A stretch of 64,000 nucleotides of DNA from an uncultured Clostridia bacterium (GTDB lineage: Bacteria > Bacillota > Clostridia > Oscillospirales > CAG-272). The position numbers and the translations under genes were made by a program. Shown piece after piece: positions 28,841 through 40,242 of this stretch (position 1 is the first letter of the stretch; every line of letters begins with the position of its first letter). The stretch lies in the NCBI GenBank assembly GCA_947631245.1, contig CANRKP010000004.1:6147-70146 (forward strand). The letters are read 5' to 3'. The notes beneath the pieces are model-generated. The model was not told the origin of the DNA, made no database searches, and was given only the letters and a program-made list of their open reading frames with translations.

Positions 28841-29464
28841 ATGGCGGGCGAAACTTATACAACTCTCGGCGCGTTCGGAAAAGGCGAGTTTGAGGACAGG
28901 CGCTCGACTTTCATCGGCAGCGCCGCCCACGTCGGCAGCGAGGAGGAGGCGCGCGAATTCGTCGCCGGAATAAAGAAGAAATATTCCGATGCCCGCCACA
29001 ACGCGTGGGCGTATATGATGGCGGAGGGGAACATCGCCCGCTTTTCCGACGACGGCGAGCCGCAGGGAACGGCGGGCGCGCCGATCCTCGGCGTCATAAA
29101 AGGGTCGGGAGCCGTCGACTGCGCCGTCGTCGTGACGAGATATTTCGGCGGCATACTGCTCGGCACAGGCGGTCTTGTGAGGGCGTATGCAGAGGCGGCA
29201 AAGCTCGCCGTTGAGGACGCGGGCGTCGCCGTGTATCGCGAGTACGCGGAGATGTCGCTTACAGTCTCGTATTCGGAATACCAAAGGCTCTCGCCGGAGC
29301 TGACGAGGCTCGGCGCCATTATCGACGGCGTAGATTTCGGCGCGGAGGTGGAGGTTCATGCCGCAGTCCTCTCGGGGCTTGCGGACGAGCTGTGCCGATG
29401 TGTGGCGGAAATAACGTCAGGAAAGGGAGCTGCTGTCCGCACGGGCTCACGATTTGACATATAA
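28841..29464 (+). CDS. YigZ/IMPACT family protein
   Basis: SDDGEPQGTAG, VTRYFGGILLGTGGLVRAY. Confidence 0.92.
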   Translation: MAGETYTTLGAFGKGEFEDRRSTFIGSAAHVGSEEEAREFVAGIKKKYSDARHNAWAYMMAEGNIARFSDDGEPQGTAGAPILGVIKGSGAVDCAVVVTRYFGGILLGTGGLVRAYAEAAKLAVEDAGVAVYREYAEMSLTVSYSEYQRLSPELTRLGAIIDGVDFGAEVEVHAAVLSGLADELCRCVAEITSGKGAAVRTGSRFDI

Positions 29465-29577
29465 CTGTGAGTTTTTTTTCAAAAAACCAAAAAAATTCGA
29501 TTTATACGCAAGTGTTTTGACCGGCGCTTGCGTATATTATTTATGTGAATGTCGGAAAACAGGCGGGAGGCGGTATT

Positions 29578-30612
29578 ATGGACAACATGACTGTTCGCGA
29601 TATGTTCCTTTTGAGGGAACGGAATATTCTGTCGCCGTATGCGTTTCTGACCGAAAACACGCGCGGACGCGACCATCCGTACGTTCCGTGCGTCAACAGG
29701 ACCGAGTTCCAGCGCGACCGCGACAGGATAATACACAGCAAGGCGTTCCGCAGGCTGATGCACAAGACGCAGGTGTTCCTTCTGCCGAAGGATGAGCATT
29801 ACAGGACGCGCATGACGCACACGCTCGAGGTGGCGCAGATCGCGCGCATCATCTGCCGCGCGCTCCGCCTGAACGAGGACCTCTGCGAGGCGGCGGCGCT
29901 CGGTCACGACCTCGGGCACACCCCGTTCGGACACGCGGGCGAGGATGTCATGAGGCGGTGCTTCGACCCGTCGTTCACTCACTACGCGCAGAGCCTGCGC
30001 GTCGTCGAGTTCCTCGAGCACAACGGCGAGGGGCTGAATCTGACGTGGGAGGTGCGCGACGGCATCGTACATCATTCGGGCGGCGACCTTTCAGGCGGGC
30101 ACGGCGCCTCGACGCTCGAGGGTGTTATCGTGAAATTTGCGGACAAAATAGCGTACATAAATCATGATATAGACGACGCGATACGTGCCGGCATACTGAC
30201 GAACGATGATATCCCGAAGCGCCTGCGCGACACGCTCGGGAATACCCACAGCGGCAGGATAAACACGATGGTGACGGACGTTATCGACGCCTCCACCGAC
30301 AAGCCCGAGATAAGGATGTCGGACGGGATCTGCGAGGCGACGATGGAGCTTCGCCAGTTCCTCTTCGAGCATGTTTATCTTGACAGCGCGGCAAAATCGG
30401 AGGAAGCGAAGGCTAAAGACCTTTTGGCGCGGCTTTACGAGTATTTTTACGAGCATCCCGACAAAATGCCCGAGTTTTACAGAAACAACGCGGAGAGCTG
30501 CGGCATCGGAAGATCCGTCTGCGACTACATTTCGAGCATGACGGACAGATACGCCATAGACAAGTACAACGAGCTCTTCATCCCTGCCGCATGGCAGCGG
30601 GTGTCCGATTAG
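29578..30612 (+). CDS. dgt: dGTP triphosphohydrolase-like HD protein
   Basis: FQRDRDRI, KTQVF, RTRMTH, HDLGHTPFGH. Confidence 0.9.
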   Translation: MDNMTVRDMFLLRERNILSPYAFLTENTRGRDHPYVPCVNRTEFQRDRDRIIHSKAFRRLMHKTQVFLLPKDEHYRTRMTHTLEVAQIARIICRALRLNEDLCEAAALGHDLGHTPFGHAGEDVMRRCFDPSFTHYAQSLRVVEFLEHNGEGLNLTWEVRDGIVHHSGGDLSGGHGASTLEGVIVKFADKIAYINHDIDDAIRAGILTNDDIPKRLRDTLGNTHSGRINTMVTDVIDASTDKPEIRMSDGICEATMELRQFLFEHVYLDSAAKSEEAKAKDLLARLYEYFYEHPDKMPEFYRNNAESCGIGRSVCDYISSMTDRYAIDKYNELFIPAAWQRVSD

Positions 30613-30620
30613 GTGACGTC

Positions 30621-32402
30621 ATGCCGATGATACCCCTTTCGGTAATAGAAGAGATAAAGGCGCGCAGCCCGATAGAGGACGTTGTTTCGCGCTACGTTTC
30701 CCTGAAGCGCGCGGGCAGCAATCTTTCCGCCTCATGCCCGTTCCATTCGGAGAGGACGCCGTCGTTCGTCGTTTTCCCGGCGACGCAGTCGTTTTACTGT
30801 TTCGGATGCGGCGCGGGAGGCGACGTCATATCGTTCGTCATGAGGATAGAGAACCTCGAATATCCGGACGCTGTCCGCGAGCTCGCAGACAGGTGCGGCG
30901 TGTCGATACCGGAGAGCGGCGAACGCGAGGAACAGGGCGTTTCCCGCAAGAGGCTGTACGAGCTGAACCGCGAGGCAGCGAGATTTTACAGGGACAATCT
31001 GTTTGATGAAAAGAAGGGCGCCGCCGCGCGCCGTTATCTTGCGGAGCGAGGGCTGACGTCCGCAGTTGTGAAGCGCTTCGGTCTCGGCTTTGCGCCGGAC
31101 GATTTTTCGATGAGCGACACGATGCGGGCGAAGGGATTTACCGACGACGAGCTCGTCGCCGCGTTCCTCTGCAAGCGGAGCGAGCGCACCGGCAGACCGT
31201 ATGACCTTTTCCGCGGGCGCGTGATGTTCCCGATAATAGACACGTCGGGCCGCGTCATCGCGTTCGGCGGGCGCGTCATGGGGGACGGTGCGCCGAAATA
31301 CCTCAACTCGTCGGACACGCCGGTGTTCAAAAAGAGCAGGAACCTATTCGCGCTCAATTACGCAAAGTCGTCGTCTGCGGAGGAAATGATCCTCTGCGAG
31401 GGATATATGGACGTCATTGCCCTGCACGCCGCGGGCGTTGAAAACGCTGTCGCGACGCTCGGAACGGCGCTGACCGAGGAGCAGGCGCGCATCATCGCGA
31501 AATACACGAAGCGCGTCGTCCTCTGCTACGACAGCGACGACGCGGGACAGCGTGCCGACAGCCGCGCGCTCGAGCTTCTCGGAGCCGTCGGGCTCGACGT
31601 GAGGGTGCTGAAGCTCCAAGGCGCGAAGGACCCCGACGAATTCATCAAAAAGTTCGGCGTCGACGCGTTCAGAGACGCGCTTTCGGGCAGCAGCTCGAAG
31701 TTCCGCTATACGATGGATAAGGTCCTGTCGAAATACGACGTCTCCTCTGATGAGGACAAGATACGCGCGATGCGCGAGATAAACGAGTATATCGCGGGCT
31801 TCTCAAGCGAGGTCGAGCGCGAGGTGTATATCGGTCAGGCGTCAGATAAGCTCGGGATCTCGCGGGATAGTATAAAAAACGACGTTTCGCTTATCATAAG
31901 AAAGAAGCGGCGTTCGGACAAAAGGGCGGAGGCTTTGGAGATCGCGAGAGACGCCGCCGGCTTCGGCGACCGCGTCAACCGCGATAAGTTGACGCATCTG
32001 CGCTCCGCGTCGTGCGAGGAGACCGTGCTCGGTATGCTCGCGGCGTATCCCGAATACATAAAGGAAGTGTCGTCGGGCGGCGCGCTGTCGCTTTCGCCCG
32101 AGGATTTCACGACCGAATTCGGCCGCCGCGTGTTTGAGACGATACTCCGCGTATACGGCGAGACCGGCGGATTTGACATAGGCCTGCTCTCGGCGGAGCT
32201 CACGCAGGACGAGGTCTCGCGCGTAACGAAGCTCGCGGTATCCCGCGACAAGCTCGACAACGGGCGCGAGGTCTTTGCTGAAAACGTCCGCGCGCTGAAG
32301 GACGAGAGGCAAAGGCAGCAGTCAAAGACTGACGACGCCTTCGAGGCGATAATGAGGCTGAGAGAAAAAAATTCGGCGAACAACGAAAACGAAGAAGAAT
32401 AA
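30621..32402 (+). CDS. dnaG: DNA primase
   Basis: CPFH..CFGC zinc finger, KYLNS, EGYMD, YDSDDAG. Confidence 0.97.
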   Translation: MPMIPLSVIEEIKARSPIEDVVSRYVSLKRAGSNLSASCPFHSERTPSFVVFPATQSFYCFGCGAGGDVISFVMRIENLEYPDAVRELADRCGVSIPESGEREEQGVSRKRLYELNREAARFYRDNLFDEKKGAAARRYLAERGLTSAVVKRFGLGFAPDDFSMSDTMRAKGFTDDELVAAFLCKRSERTGRPYDLFRGRVMFPIIDTSGRVIAFGGRVMGDGAPKYLNSSDTPVFKKSRNLFALNYAKSSSAEEMILCEGYMDVIALHAAGVENAVATLGTALTEEQARIIAKYTKRVVLCYDSDDAGQRADSRALELLGAVGLDVRVLKLQGAKDPDEFIKKFGVDAFRDALSGSSSKFRYTMDKVLSKYDVSSDEDKIRAMREINEYIAGFSSEVEREVYIGQASDKLGISRDSIKNDVSLIIRKKRRSDKRAEALEIARDAAGFGDRVNRDKLTHLRSASCEETVLGMLAAYPEYIKEVSSGGALSLSPEDFTTEFGRRVFETILRVYGETGGFDIGLLSAELTQDEVSRVTKLAVSRDKLDNGREVFAENVRALKDERQRQQSKTDDAFEAIMRLREKNSANNENEEE

Positions 32403-32428
32403 AGTTGTACATAACAAGGAAGGTAAAA

Positions 32429-33523
32429 ATGGAAAAGGAAACCGTAAACGAAAGAGAGCTTGAGCTTATCGAAAAGGGCAGAGTGGACGGCATGCTCACC
32501 GAGGGCGACATCGAAGACGCAATCGCGGGCGACGAGGACATCGATATTGAAAGCATCGAAAAGCTCTACGACACTCTCGAAAGCAACGGAATAGGCATCG
32601 AATCCGACGCGGCGAGCGCGCTCGACATCGAAAACGAGGTCGAACGCATGGGCAGCGGGGAGGACATGGAAAAGCAGCTCTCGCAGGAGGGGCTCGCGAT
32701 CGACGACCCCGTAAGAATGTATCTTAAGGAAATCGGCAAGGTGCCGCTGCTCGACTCCGAACGCGAGCTTGAGCTCGCAAAGCGCATGGCGGAGGGCGAC
32801 GAAAGCGCAAAGCAGGAGCTCGTCGTCGCCAACCTCAGGCTCGTCGTCAGCATCGCAAAGCGCTACGTCGGCAAGGGAATGTTCTTCCTTGATCTGATAC
32901 AGGAGGGCAACCTCGGTCTGATGAAGGCCGTCGACAAGTTCGACTACACGAAGGGATACAAGTTCTCAACATACGCGACGTGGTGGATACGCCAGGCGAT
33001 AACGCGCGCTATCGCGGATCAGGCGAGGACGATACGAATACCCGTCCACATGGTGGAGACGATACACAAGGTATCGAGATATTCGCGCCAGCTCCTTCAG
33101 GAGCTCGGTCACGAGGCGACGCCCGAAGAAATAGCCGAAAAGCTCAACATGACGCCCGAGAAGGTGCGCGAGATAATGAAGATCGCGCGCGACCCCGTCT
33201 CGCTCGAGACGCCTATCGGCGAGGAGGAGGACTCCCATCTCGGAGACTTCATCGAAGATCAGGAGAGCCCGGCGCCGCCGGACGCCGCGTCATACGCCGT
33301 GCTCCGCGAGCAGATAGCGGAGGTCCTGCACACGCTGACACCGCGCGAGGAGCTCGTGCTCAAGCGCCGTTTTGGACTTGACGACGGAAAGACGCGCACG
33401 CTCGAAGAGGTCGGGCGCGAATTCAACATTACGCGCGAGAGAATACGTCAGATAGAGGCGAAAGCGCTTCGCAAGCTCCGCCACCCGAGCCGTTCGAAAA
33501 GACTGCGCGATTTCCTCGATTAA
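32429..33523 (+). CDS. rpoD: Primary sigma factor SigA/RpoD
   Basis: [39 protein letters not shown]. Confidence 0.97.
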   Translation: MEKETVNERELELIEKGRVDGMLTEGDIEDAIAGDEDIDIESIEKLYDTLESNGIGIESDAASALDIENEVERMGSGEDMEKQLSQEGLAIDDPVRMYLKEIGKVPLLDSERELELAKRMAEGDESAKQELVVANLRLVVSIAKRYVGKGMFFLDLIQEGNLGLMKAVDKFDYTKGYKFSTYATWWIRQAITRAIADQARTIRIPVHMVETIHKVSRYSRQLLQELGHEATPEEIAEKLNMTPEKVREIMKIARDPVSLETPIGEEEDSHLGDFIEDQESPAPPDAASYAVLREQIAEVLHTLTPREELVLKRRFGLDDGKTRTLEEVGREFNITRERIRQIEAKALRKLRHPSRSKRLRDFLD

Positions 33524-33710
33524 AAAAGTTTTTCTCGCGAATTGCACGAATTTTTCCTCGTTCAATTGTGAATTTCAGACAACTGAAATGTGAAAAACTA
33601 CAAAAAATCCGCGGCATGTTTTGTGAAACTGTGACAATAAACTGTGGTATAAAGTGATGCCGGACGGTAAAATCGGTGCAGTCGAATTCATCAACTTTGC
33701 CAAATTACGC

Positions 33711-33739
33711 TTGACAGTTTGGACCTTTTGATGTAAAAT
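33711..33739 (+). promoter_or_regulatory. Sigma-A promoter
   Basis: TTGACA-17-TAAAAT. Confidence 0.75.
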
Positions 33740-33810
33740 ATCATAAGAATATCTCGGTGTCGTCGATTTGTGCAACGGTACACTGCAGTATATTAGGAGG
33801 ATGTTCCATA

Positions 33811-35601
33811 ATGAATAAGAAACTTGTAAGTCTCGTGCTCGTTTTTATGATCATCTTTTCATTTGTTCTGTCGAGCTGCTCTATTCTGAGCTCCGGCAAC
33901 GGCGAGGACAGCGACACCGGAGAAGAGGAGCAGACAGACCTCAGCAACCGTACCCCGGTAACGCTGACTCTTTGGCTCCCCGCGCTTGAAGGTACGACCG
34001 AAAAGGCCGTGGCCGAAGTCGAGACGGAGATAAATAAGATCCTCAAGCCGATGTATACGACCGCCGTTGAGTTCCGTACGATCCCCGAGGATCAGTACAC
34101 CGATGCCGTCTATGCTCAGATACAGAAGATACAGCAGAAGCTCGACGACGATGACGCCGCCGTGTCCGTCAGCCGCGAGCTCGAACAGAGCCGCCGTCTC
34201 GATGGTATCACGGATGACAAAAAGGAGACGGAAGAGGTTTCCGAGACCGTCGTTGAGACGCTCGAGAACTCATTCGGTCAGTCGGAGAAGAGATATCCTT
34301 CCGTCGGAGAATATCAGTTCGACATTTTCCTTGTCACGAGCTATGACATGTATCTCGACCTCATAGAGAAAGAAGCCATAATGGATCTTGAGGACAGCCT
34401 CAAGAGCACGGGCAAGGTGCTCCCGAAGTACATATACCCGAGCTTCCTTGAAGCCGCGCGCTTTGAGTTCGGCGATGCATACGCTATCCCGAACAACCAC
34501 GGCATGGGAGAATACAGGTTCCTTCTCACGAACAAAGAGCTTATAAACAAGTATCACTATGACGTCGATACGCTTCTTTCGATGGCGGACTGCGAGGACT
34601 TCATCCGCGACGTTGCTGAGGGCGAGAACGACAAGGCGCTTGCGCCGCTGCTCTCCTGGGTCGAGCCCGCGGGAATGCACTACTGGTCCGAAGACGGAAA
34701 GTGGAGCGTCCTCGCCTCCTATATCGGCAGCAAGTCCGAGCCGTCCGCACAGTCCGTTGTGACGGATATTTTCTCGATTCCTCAGTACAGGGAGAACTTC
34801 AAGCTCATGAAGTCTCTTGAGGAAGACGGGCTTATCGCAGAGGATCCCGATTCCGTTGAGAAGTTCGCGGTCGGCGTTGTCTCCGCAGGTTCCCTCGACG
34901 AAGTTGAGGAGCTTTACGGCGAGGAATACAACATAACCGTTTTTGACTATCCGAAGGCGACGCAGGAAGAGCTCTTCGACAGCGCGTTCGCAGTCAGCGC
35001 GGCAACGAGAGACCTCACGCGCTGCATGGAGGTCATAACGGCCATCAACACTCAGCCCGAGCTTCGCAACCTGATCCAGTACGGCGTTGAGGGCGTACAC
35101 TACAACCGCGATGATGACAACAGAGTTGTCCGTGTCCGCGATGAAAACGGCAATGCCGCATACAACATGGATATCGCTCATACAGGAAACACCTACATCG
35201 CATATCCCGAGGAAGGAATGAGCGATGATCAGTGGGAGCGCGATATGGAGAGGAACCTCGATTCGTGCCTGACTCCGTTCTCCTTCTGCAGCGGTCTATA
35301 TAACGAAAGCAATAAGGCAAACTATGAGGAAATAGCAAAACTCTCCGCGGATCTCTACGATCGTATGATGAAGGTGTCCGCAGATGAGGTCGACCAGTTC
35401 TTTGCCGCCGCTCGCAAGGAGCTCATAGCAAACGAAAAGTTCACGCAGATGACGGGCATGACGTGGGAATACGGCACGGCCTACATCTACAACACATTCT
35501 ACGCAACGTACTATGCGACCGACGAGCCCGGTGACGACACCGGCGAGGCGGGAGCCGAGACAGGCGACGCAGGTGAAGCTGGCGGAGAGGCTCAGGAGTA
35601 A
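33811..35601 (+). CDS. Lipoprotein, ABC-type solute-binding protein (DUF3502-like sugar SBP group)
   Basis: AGGAGG RBS; lipobox LSSC; VTLTLW, NLIQYGVEGVHY. Confidence 0.7.
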   Translation: MNKKLVSLVLVFMIIFSFVLSSCSILSSGNGEDSDTGEEEQTDLSNRTPVTLTLWLPALEGTTEKAVAEVETEINKILKPMYTTAVEFRTIPEDQYTDAVYAQIQKIQQKLDDDDAAVSVSRELEQSRRLDGITDDKKETEEVSETVVETLENSFGQSEKRYPSVGEYQFDIFLVTSYDMYLDLIEKEAIMDLEDSLKSTGKVLPKYIYPSFLEAARFEFGDAYAIPNNHGMGEYRFLLTNKELINKYHYDVDTLLSMADCEDFIRDVAEGENDKALAPLLSWVEPAGMHYWSEDGKWSVLASYIGSKSEPSAQSVVTDIFSIPQYRENFKLMKSLEEDGLIAEDPDSVEKFAVGVVSAGSLDEVEELYGEEYNITVFDYPKATQEELFDSAFAVSAATRDLTRCMEVITAINTQPELRNLIQYGVEGVHYNRDDDNRVVRVRDENGNAAYNMDIAHTGNTYIAYPEEGMSDDQWERDMERNLDSCLTPFSFCSGLYNESNKANYEEIAKLSADLYDRMMKVSADEVDQFFAAARKELIANEKFTQMTGMTWEYGTAYIYNTFYATYYATDEPGDDTGEAGAETGDAGEAGGEAQE

Positions 35602-35675
35602 ACGCTCGGGTCCGTTCGGATACCGCATATGCTCCGAAAAAACGCAGCAATTCCGTAACGATACAGCATAACGGC

Positions 35676-35712
35676 AGCCGACCGAAAGGATGACCTTTCG
35701 GTCGGCTTTTTT
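35676..35712 (+). terminator. Intrinsic terminator
   Basis: agccgaccgaaagg-atga-cctttcggtcggct-ttttt. Confidence 0.9.
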
Positions 35713-35760
35713 GCCGGCGGCAAACAGCAGTTTTTTATAAATAAAATTATATTTGCGGTG

Positions 35761-35789
35761 TTGACAACGAGACCGTTTTATGGTATGAT
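35761..35789 (+). promoter_or_regulatory. Sigma-A promoter of rpsB-tsf
   Basis: TTGACA-17-TATGAT with TG. Confidence 0.85.
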
Positions 35790-35817
35790 ACCAAGTGTGC
35801 GCCAAGGCGCAAAAAAA

Positions 35818-35905
35818 TAATTCACACACGTCTGCGGGATGTGCGGTCGGTGCCGGAACTCGGCTGCCGCATATATGCCGGCGTGGTGGAAAAACCGAAG
35901 GAGGA
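35818..35905 (+). ncRNA. rpsB 5' leader (t44/S2-leader-like)
   Basis: cacacacg...gcgtggtgga pairing in rpsB leader; position typical of the S2 autoregulatory element. Confidence 0.55.
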
Positions 35906-35913
35906 CATTAAAA

Positions 35914-36669
35914 ATGTCTGTTATCACTATCAAGCAGCTGCTTGAAGCCGGCGTCCATTTCGGACACCACACAAGAAGATGGAACCCGAAGATGTCTGAG
36001 TACATCTTCACGGAGCGCAACGGTATCTACATTATCGACCTCCAGAAGACGGTCAAGAAATTCGATGAGGCGTATATGTTCGTGCGCGACCTTTCCGCGC
36101 AGGGCGGAACGATACTCTTCGTCGGAACGAAGAAGCAGGCGGCCGACGCCATCAAGGAAGAGGCGAAGCGCTGCGGACAGTTCTATGTCAACGTTCGCTG
36201 GCTCGGCGGCATGCTCACGAATTACAGAACGATAAGACGTTCGATCTCCCGCCTCTATCAGCTTGAGAAGATGCAGGAAGACGGCACGTTCAATTCGCTT
36301 CCGAAAAAGGAAGTCGCGTCCCTTCAGAAGGAGATGGACAACCTCGAGCGCAACCTCGGCGGTATAAAGGAAATGGACCGTCTGCCTGACGCCGTTTTCA
36401 TCGTCGACACTCGCAAGGAGCATAACGCAGTGCTCGAAGCGAAGAAGCTCGGAATTCCCGTCGTTGCAATAGTCGATACGAACTGCGACCCCGAAGATGC
36501 CGACTATATCATTCCCGGCAACGACGACGCCATCCGCGCGATCAAGCTCATTTCTTCCGTCCTTGCAGACGCCGTTATCGAGGGCAAGCAGGGCGAGTCG
36601 TTTGACGCGGCAGAGACCGAGAAGACCGAGGCCGAGGCTGAGGAAGACGCCGAAACTGCGGCTGAATAA
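35914..36669 (+). CDS. rpsB: 30S ribosomal protein S2
   Basis: [33 protein letters not shown]. Confidence 0.98.
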   Translation: MSVITIKQLLEAGVHFGHHTRRWNPKMSEYIFTERNGIYIIDLQKTVKKFDEAYMFVRDLSAQGGTILFVGTKKQAADAIKEEAKRCGQFYVNVRWLGGMLTNYRTIRRSISRLYQLEKMQEDGTFNSLPKKEVASLQKEMDNLERNLGGIKEMDRLPDAVFIVDTRKEHNAVLEAKKLGIPVVAIVDTNCDPEDADYIIPGNDDAIRAIKLISSVLADAVIEGKQGESFDAAETEKTEAEAEEDAETAAE

Positions 36670-36702
36670 ATAGCACAAGAGCATATTTTAAGAGGTATTT
36701 TC

Positions 36703-37644
36703 ATGGCAACCACAATAACAGCTAAGATGGTATCCGAGCTCCGCGCCAAGACCGGCGTCGGCATAATGGACTGCAAGCGCGCGCTGACCGAGGCGGACGG
36801 CAACTTTGACGAGGCGGTAAAGCTCCTTCGCGAGAAGGGTCTGTCCGTCGCAGCGAAGAAGGCATCCCGCGTCGCCGCTGAGGGCGTCGTAGACATCATG
36901 GTTTCCGAGGACGGCAAGACCGCGGCGATGATAGAGGTCAACGCCGAGACGGACTTCGTCGCCAAGAACGCGACGTTCCGCGAATTTGTCACAGGCATCC
37001 TTTCCGTAATAATAAAGAACAGACCCGAGAGCATCGATGCCCTCAAGGAACTGCCTTACGACGACAACTTCACCGTTGACGGCAAGCTGAAGGACATGGT
37101 CTTCACGATAGGCGAGAACATGAACATCCGCCGTTTTGTCATCGTTGACGGCGCGTTCTCGACGTATATCCACGGCAAGGGCACAACGGGCGTCATCGTC
37201 AGATTTGACACCGACGACGCGACGGCGGAAAAGCCTGAGTTCGCAGAGTTCGCAAAGAACATCGCGCTCCAGATCGCCGCAGGCACGCCTCCCACATATA
37301 TCGCAAAGGCGGACGTCCCGCAGAGCGTTATAGACGAGGAGCTCGAGGTTCAGATAAAGGCCGCAAAGACGGACGAAAAGCTCGCCAACAAGCCTGACGC
37401 AGTCCTCCACAAGATCGTAGAGGGCAAGCTCGACAAGCTCTTCTTCGAGCGCGCCTGCCTGCTTGAGCAGCCTTATGTCAAGGATGACTCGATGACGGTC
37501 GGCAAGTACGTTGCCGCGACCGCGAAAGAGCTCGGCGCCGACATAAAGGTCACGGGCTTCTGGCTCTACGAAAGAGGCGAGGGCCTCGAGAAGCGCGAGG
37601 ACAACTTCGCCGAGGAAATTGCATCGCTCGTAAAAGGCAACTGA
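36703..37644 (+). CDS. tsf: Elongation factor Ts
   Basis: LRAKTGVGIMDCKRAL, ETDFVAKN. Confidence 0.97.
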   Translation: MATTITAKMVSELRAKTGVGIMDCKRALTEADGNFDEAVKLLREKGLSVAAKKASRVAAEGVVDIMVSEDGKTAAMIEVNAETDFVAKNATFREFVTGILSVIIKNRPESIDALKELPYDDNFTVDGKLKDMVFTIGENMNIRRFVIVDGAFSTYIHGKGTTGVIVRFDTDDATAEKPEFAEFAKNIALQIAAGTPPTYIAKADVPQSVIDEELEVQIKAAKTDEKLANKPDAVLHKIVEGKLDKLFFERACLLEQPYVKDDSMTVGKYVAATAKELGADIKVTGFWLYERGEGLEKREDNFAEEIASLVKGN

Positions 37645-37652
37645 CACACATC

Positions 37653-37684
37653 GGGAGGCGATATCTTCGCCTCCCTTGTTTTTT
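37653..37684 (+). terminator. Intrinsic terminator after tsf
   Basis: gggaggcga-N5-tcgcctccc-ttgtttttt. Confidence 0.8.
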
Positions 37685-37881
37685 AGAGATGCGACCTGTG
37701 TGGTATCGGTTAAATGCAGGCGGATACGCTTTGCCGCGACGGTCGCCTGCGCTGTGCCGTCGGCATCTCTTTGCCGGTCGACGGCGGAGCACAGCGCGCC
37801 CCGCGCTTGTCCCGTGCGCTCTCCCGAATGCTTCCGATATCTTAAAAAACGCATTTATTTCTCATAATCGGTAATTTTGTG

Positions 37882-37910
37882 TTTACAAGCGGCAAAAAAA
37901 TCGGTATAAT
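37882..37910 (+). promoter_or_regulatory. Sigma-A promoter of pyrH
   Basis: TTTACA-17-TATAAT. Confidence 0.75.
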
Positions 37911-37960
37911 AGTAAGAGGGCGAGTTTGTCGCTCCGAAAAAGTTCAAAGGATGAAGACAT

Positions 37961-38671
37961 ATGCAGGCGAAGTACAAACGTGTCCTAATAAAGCTGTCGG
38001 GCGAGGCGCTTTCCGGCAAGGACTGCGTGCTCGATTTCAAGATGCTTGACGAGGTCGCAAAGGCAGTAAAAACATGCGTAGACATGGGTGTCGAGGTCGC
38101 GATACTTGTCGGAGGCGGCAACATTTGGCGCGGCGCGAAGGGAGTCGGCATGGACCGTTCGCGCGCCGACCACATGGGCATGCTCGCCACGGTCATAAAC
38201 GCGCTCGGCATCGAAGACGCGCTGCTGCGGGCAAACGTCAAGGCCGTCGTGATGTCGGCGATAGAGATGACGGAGTTCGCTCAGGTATTCGTGCGTGACA
38301 AGGCGGTTAAATACCTCTCGGAGGGAACCGTCGTCGTGCTCGGAGGCGGCATCGGAAATCCGTTTTTCACGACCGACACGGCAGCCGTCATTCGTGCGGC
38401 GGAGCTCGGCGTCGACGTTGCAATACTCGCGAAAAACATAGACGCCGTCTATGACCGCGACCCGCGCCGTTTTCCGGACGCAAAGCCTTTCCGAACGGTG
38501 GATTATGATTTCATAATCGAAAACAAGCTCGGCGTCATAGACCTCGCAGCGGCGACGCTCTCGGGGGAGAACAATCTTCCGCTGCTCCTGTGCGCGCTCG
38601 AGGATCCGAACAACATCGTCAAGGCCGTCTGCGGCGACGACATAGGAACCGTCGTAACACATACGAAATAA
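37961..38671 (+). CDS. pyrH: UMP kinase
   Basis: KLSGEAL, GGGNIWRG, ADHMGMLAT, FFTTDT. Confidence 0.96.
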   Translation: MQAKYKRVLIKLSGEALSGKDCVLDFKMLDEVAKAVKTCVDMGVEVAILVGGGNIWRGAKGVGMDRSRADHMGMLATVINALGIEDALLRANVKAVVMSAIEMTEFAQVFVRDKAVKYLSEGTVVVLGGGIGNPFFTTDTAAVIRAAELGVDVAILAKNIDAVYDRDPRRFPDAKPFRTVDYDFIIENKLGVIDLAAATLSGENNLPLLLCALEDPNNIVKAVCGDDIGTVVTHTK

Positions 38672-38751
38672 ACAGCCGCAAACTTCCGATAGAAAAATTT
38701 CTTTCGGGAGAGCGCTGAGGCATATTAAATAAAAAAACGGAGGAACAAAAG

Positions 38752-39306
38752 ATGAAACTCAAGACGGACGAATTTGAAACCAAAATGAAGAAATCTATCT
38801 CCGCGTATTCGGAAAACCTCGGAACGATCCGCGCGGGGAGGGCAAATCCCGAGATTCTCGCGCGCGTGAACGTCGATTATTACGGCGCGCCAACGCCTGT
38901 CTCTCAGATGGCGGAGATACGCGCGGCAGACGCAAGGACGCTCGTCATATCGCCTTATGACCCGTCATCACTGAAGCAGATCGAACGCGCAATTCTCACC
39001 TCCGACGTGGGAATAACGCCTCAGAGCGACGGCAAGCTCATACGTCTTGCAATACCGCAGCTCAACGAGGAACGCCGCCGCGAGCTGAAAAAGCAGGTCG
39101 AGAGGCTCGGCGAAGAGGCCAAGGTTGCTGTCCGCAACATCCGCCGCGACGCGATGGACAAGGTCAAGGCGCAGAAGAAAGCGGGAGAAATGACGGAGGA
39201 CGAGGAAAAGCTCTCCGAAAAGGACGTCCAAAATCTGACCGACAAGTACATCAAGGAAGTCGACAAGGTCACAGAGGGCAAGGTCAAGGAGATTATGTCG
39301 GTCTGA
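38752..39306 (+). CDS. frr: Ribosome recycling factor
   Basis: IRAGRANP, VDYYG, KVAVRNIRR. Confidence 0.97.
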   Translation: MKLKTDEFETKMKKSISAYSENLGTIRAGRANPEILARVNVDYYGAPTPVSQMAEIRAADARTLVISPYDPSSLKQIERAILTSDVGITPQSDGKLIRLAIPQLNEERRRELKKQVERLGEEAKVAVRNIRRDAMDKVKAQKKAGEMTEDEEKLSEKDVQNLTDKYIKEVDKVTEGKVKEIMSV

Positions 39307-39481
39307 CCGAGGTCATACGTTCGGCTCGGAACTTCATGCAGAAGATTTTGCGGTGCGGCGGGGCGGCTTCGCTCCGCCGGCTGTGTTTTGATTTTTCGGG
39401 CAGTATTTTAACAATATAGACAAACACATCATTGTATATCATGCCGCGCGCGGTATCGGCGCTCGGCAGTGGGAGGCTTTT

Positions 39482-40222
39482 ATGGCTTTATTCTCCCGAA
39501 ACGAAAAAAGCGGCGGCGAGCGGCGCGTCAAGGTCGACGACAGGCTCCGCCACATCGCCTTTATCCTCGACGGAAACGGACGGTGGGCGCGCCGCCGCGG
39601 CATGCCGCGCGAATTCGGGCATTCTGAGGGAGCGCAGGCGTTCAAGCGCATCGTCCGTTACTGCGGCGACATAGGGATAAAGATAGTGACCGTCTACGCT
39701 TTTTCGACCGAGAACTGGTCACGGCCGAAAAAAGAGGTCGACAGAATAGTATCTCTGCTCGACGAATACATAGACGGTGCCGAGCGTGAGCTCACCGAAA
39801 ACGAGATAAGATACACTTTTCTCGGCGACAGGTCCGTTTTCTCGCCCGAAATGGCGGCGAGGATGACGCGGCTTGAAGAGGCGTCTGCTCACTACGAGAA
39901 GAGACTCAATATCGCGCTGAACTACGGCTCCCGCGCGGAGATCGTCCGCGCAGCGGCAGAGCTCGCCGCGTCAGGCGAGCCGATAACGGAGGAGAGCTTC
40001 GCGTCACATCTTTATACCGCCGGATGTCCCGACCCCGATCTCATCGTCAGGACGGCGAACGAGCGTCGGCTCTCGAATTTTCTTCTGTGGCAGGCGGCTT
40101 ATTCCGAGTTGTATTTCACGCCGACTTTGTGGCCCGATATGCAGCCCGAGGACGTTGACCGTGCCGTCGAGGATTTCTACGCGCGCGAGCGCAGGTTCGG
40201 CGGAGTTACGGATTCTAATTAA
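39482..40222 (+). CDS. uppS: Undecaprenyl diphosphate synthase
   Basis: DGNGRWA, FSTENW, RLSNFLLWQ, RRFGG. Confidence 0.96.
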   Translation: MALFSRNEKSGGERRVKVDDRLRHIAFILDGNGRWARRRGMPREFGHSEGAQAFKRIVRYCGDIGIKIVTVYAFSTENWSRPKKEVDRIVSLLDEYIDGAERELTENEIRYTFLGDRSVFSPEMAARMTRLEEASAHYEKRLNIALNYGSRAEIVRAAAELAASGEPITEESFASHLYTAGCPDPDLIVRTANERRLSNFLLWQAAYSELYFTPTLWPDMQPEDVDRAVEDFYARERRFGGVTDSN

Positions 40223-40242
40223 ACAAAAAGGAATTATATATA

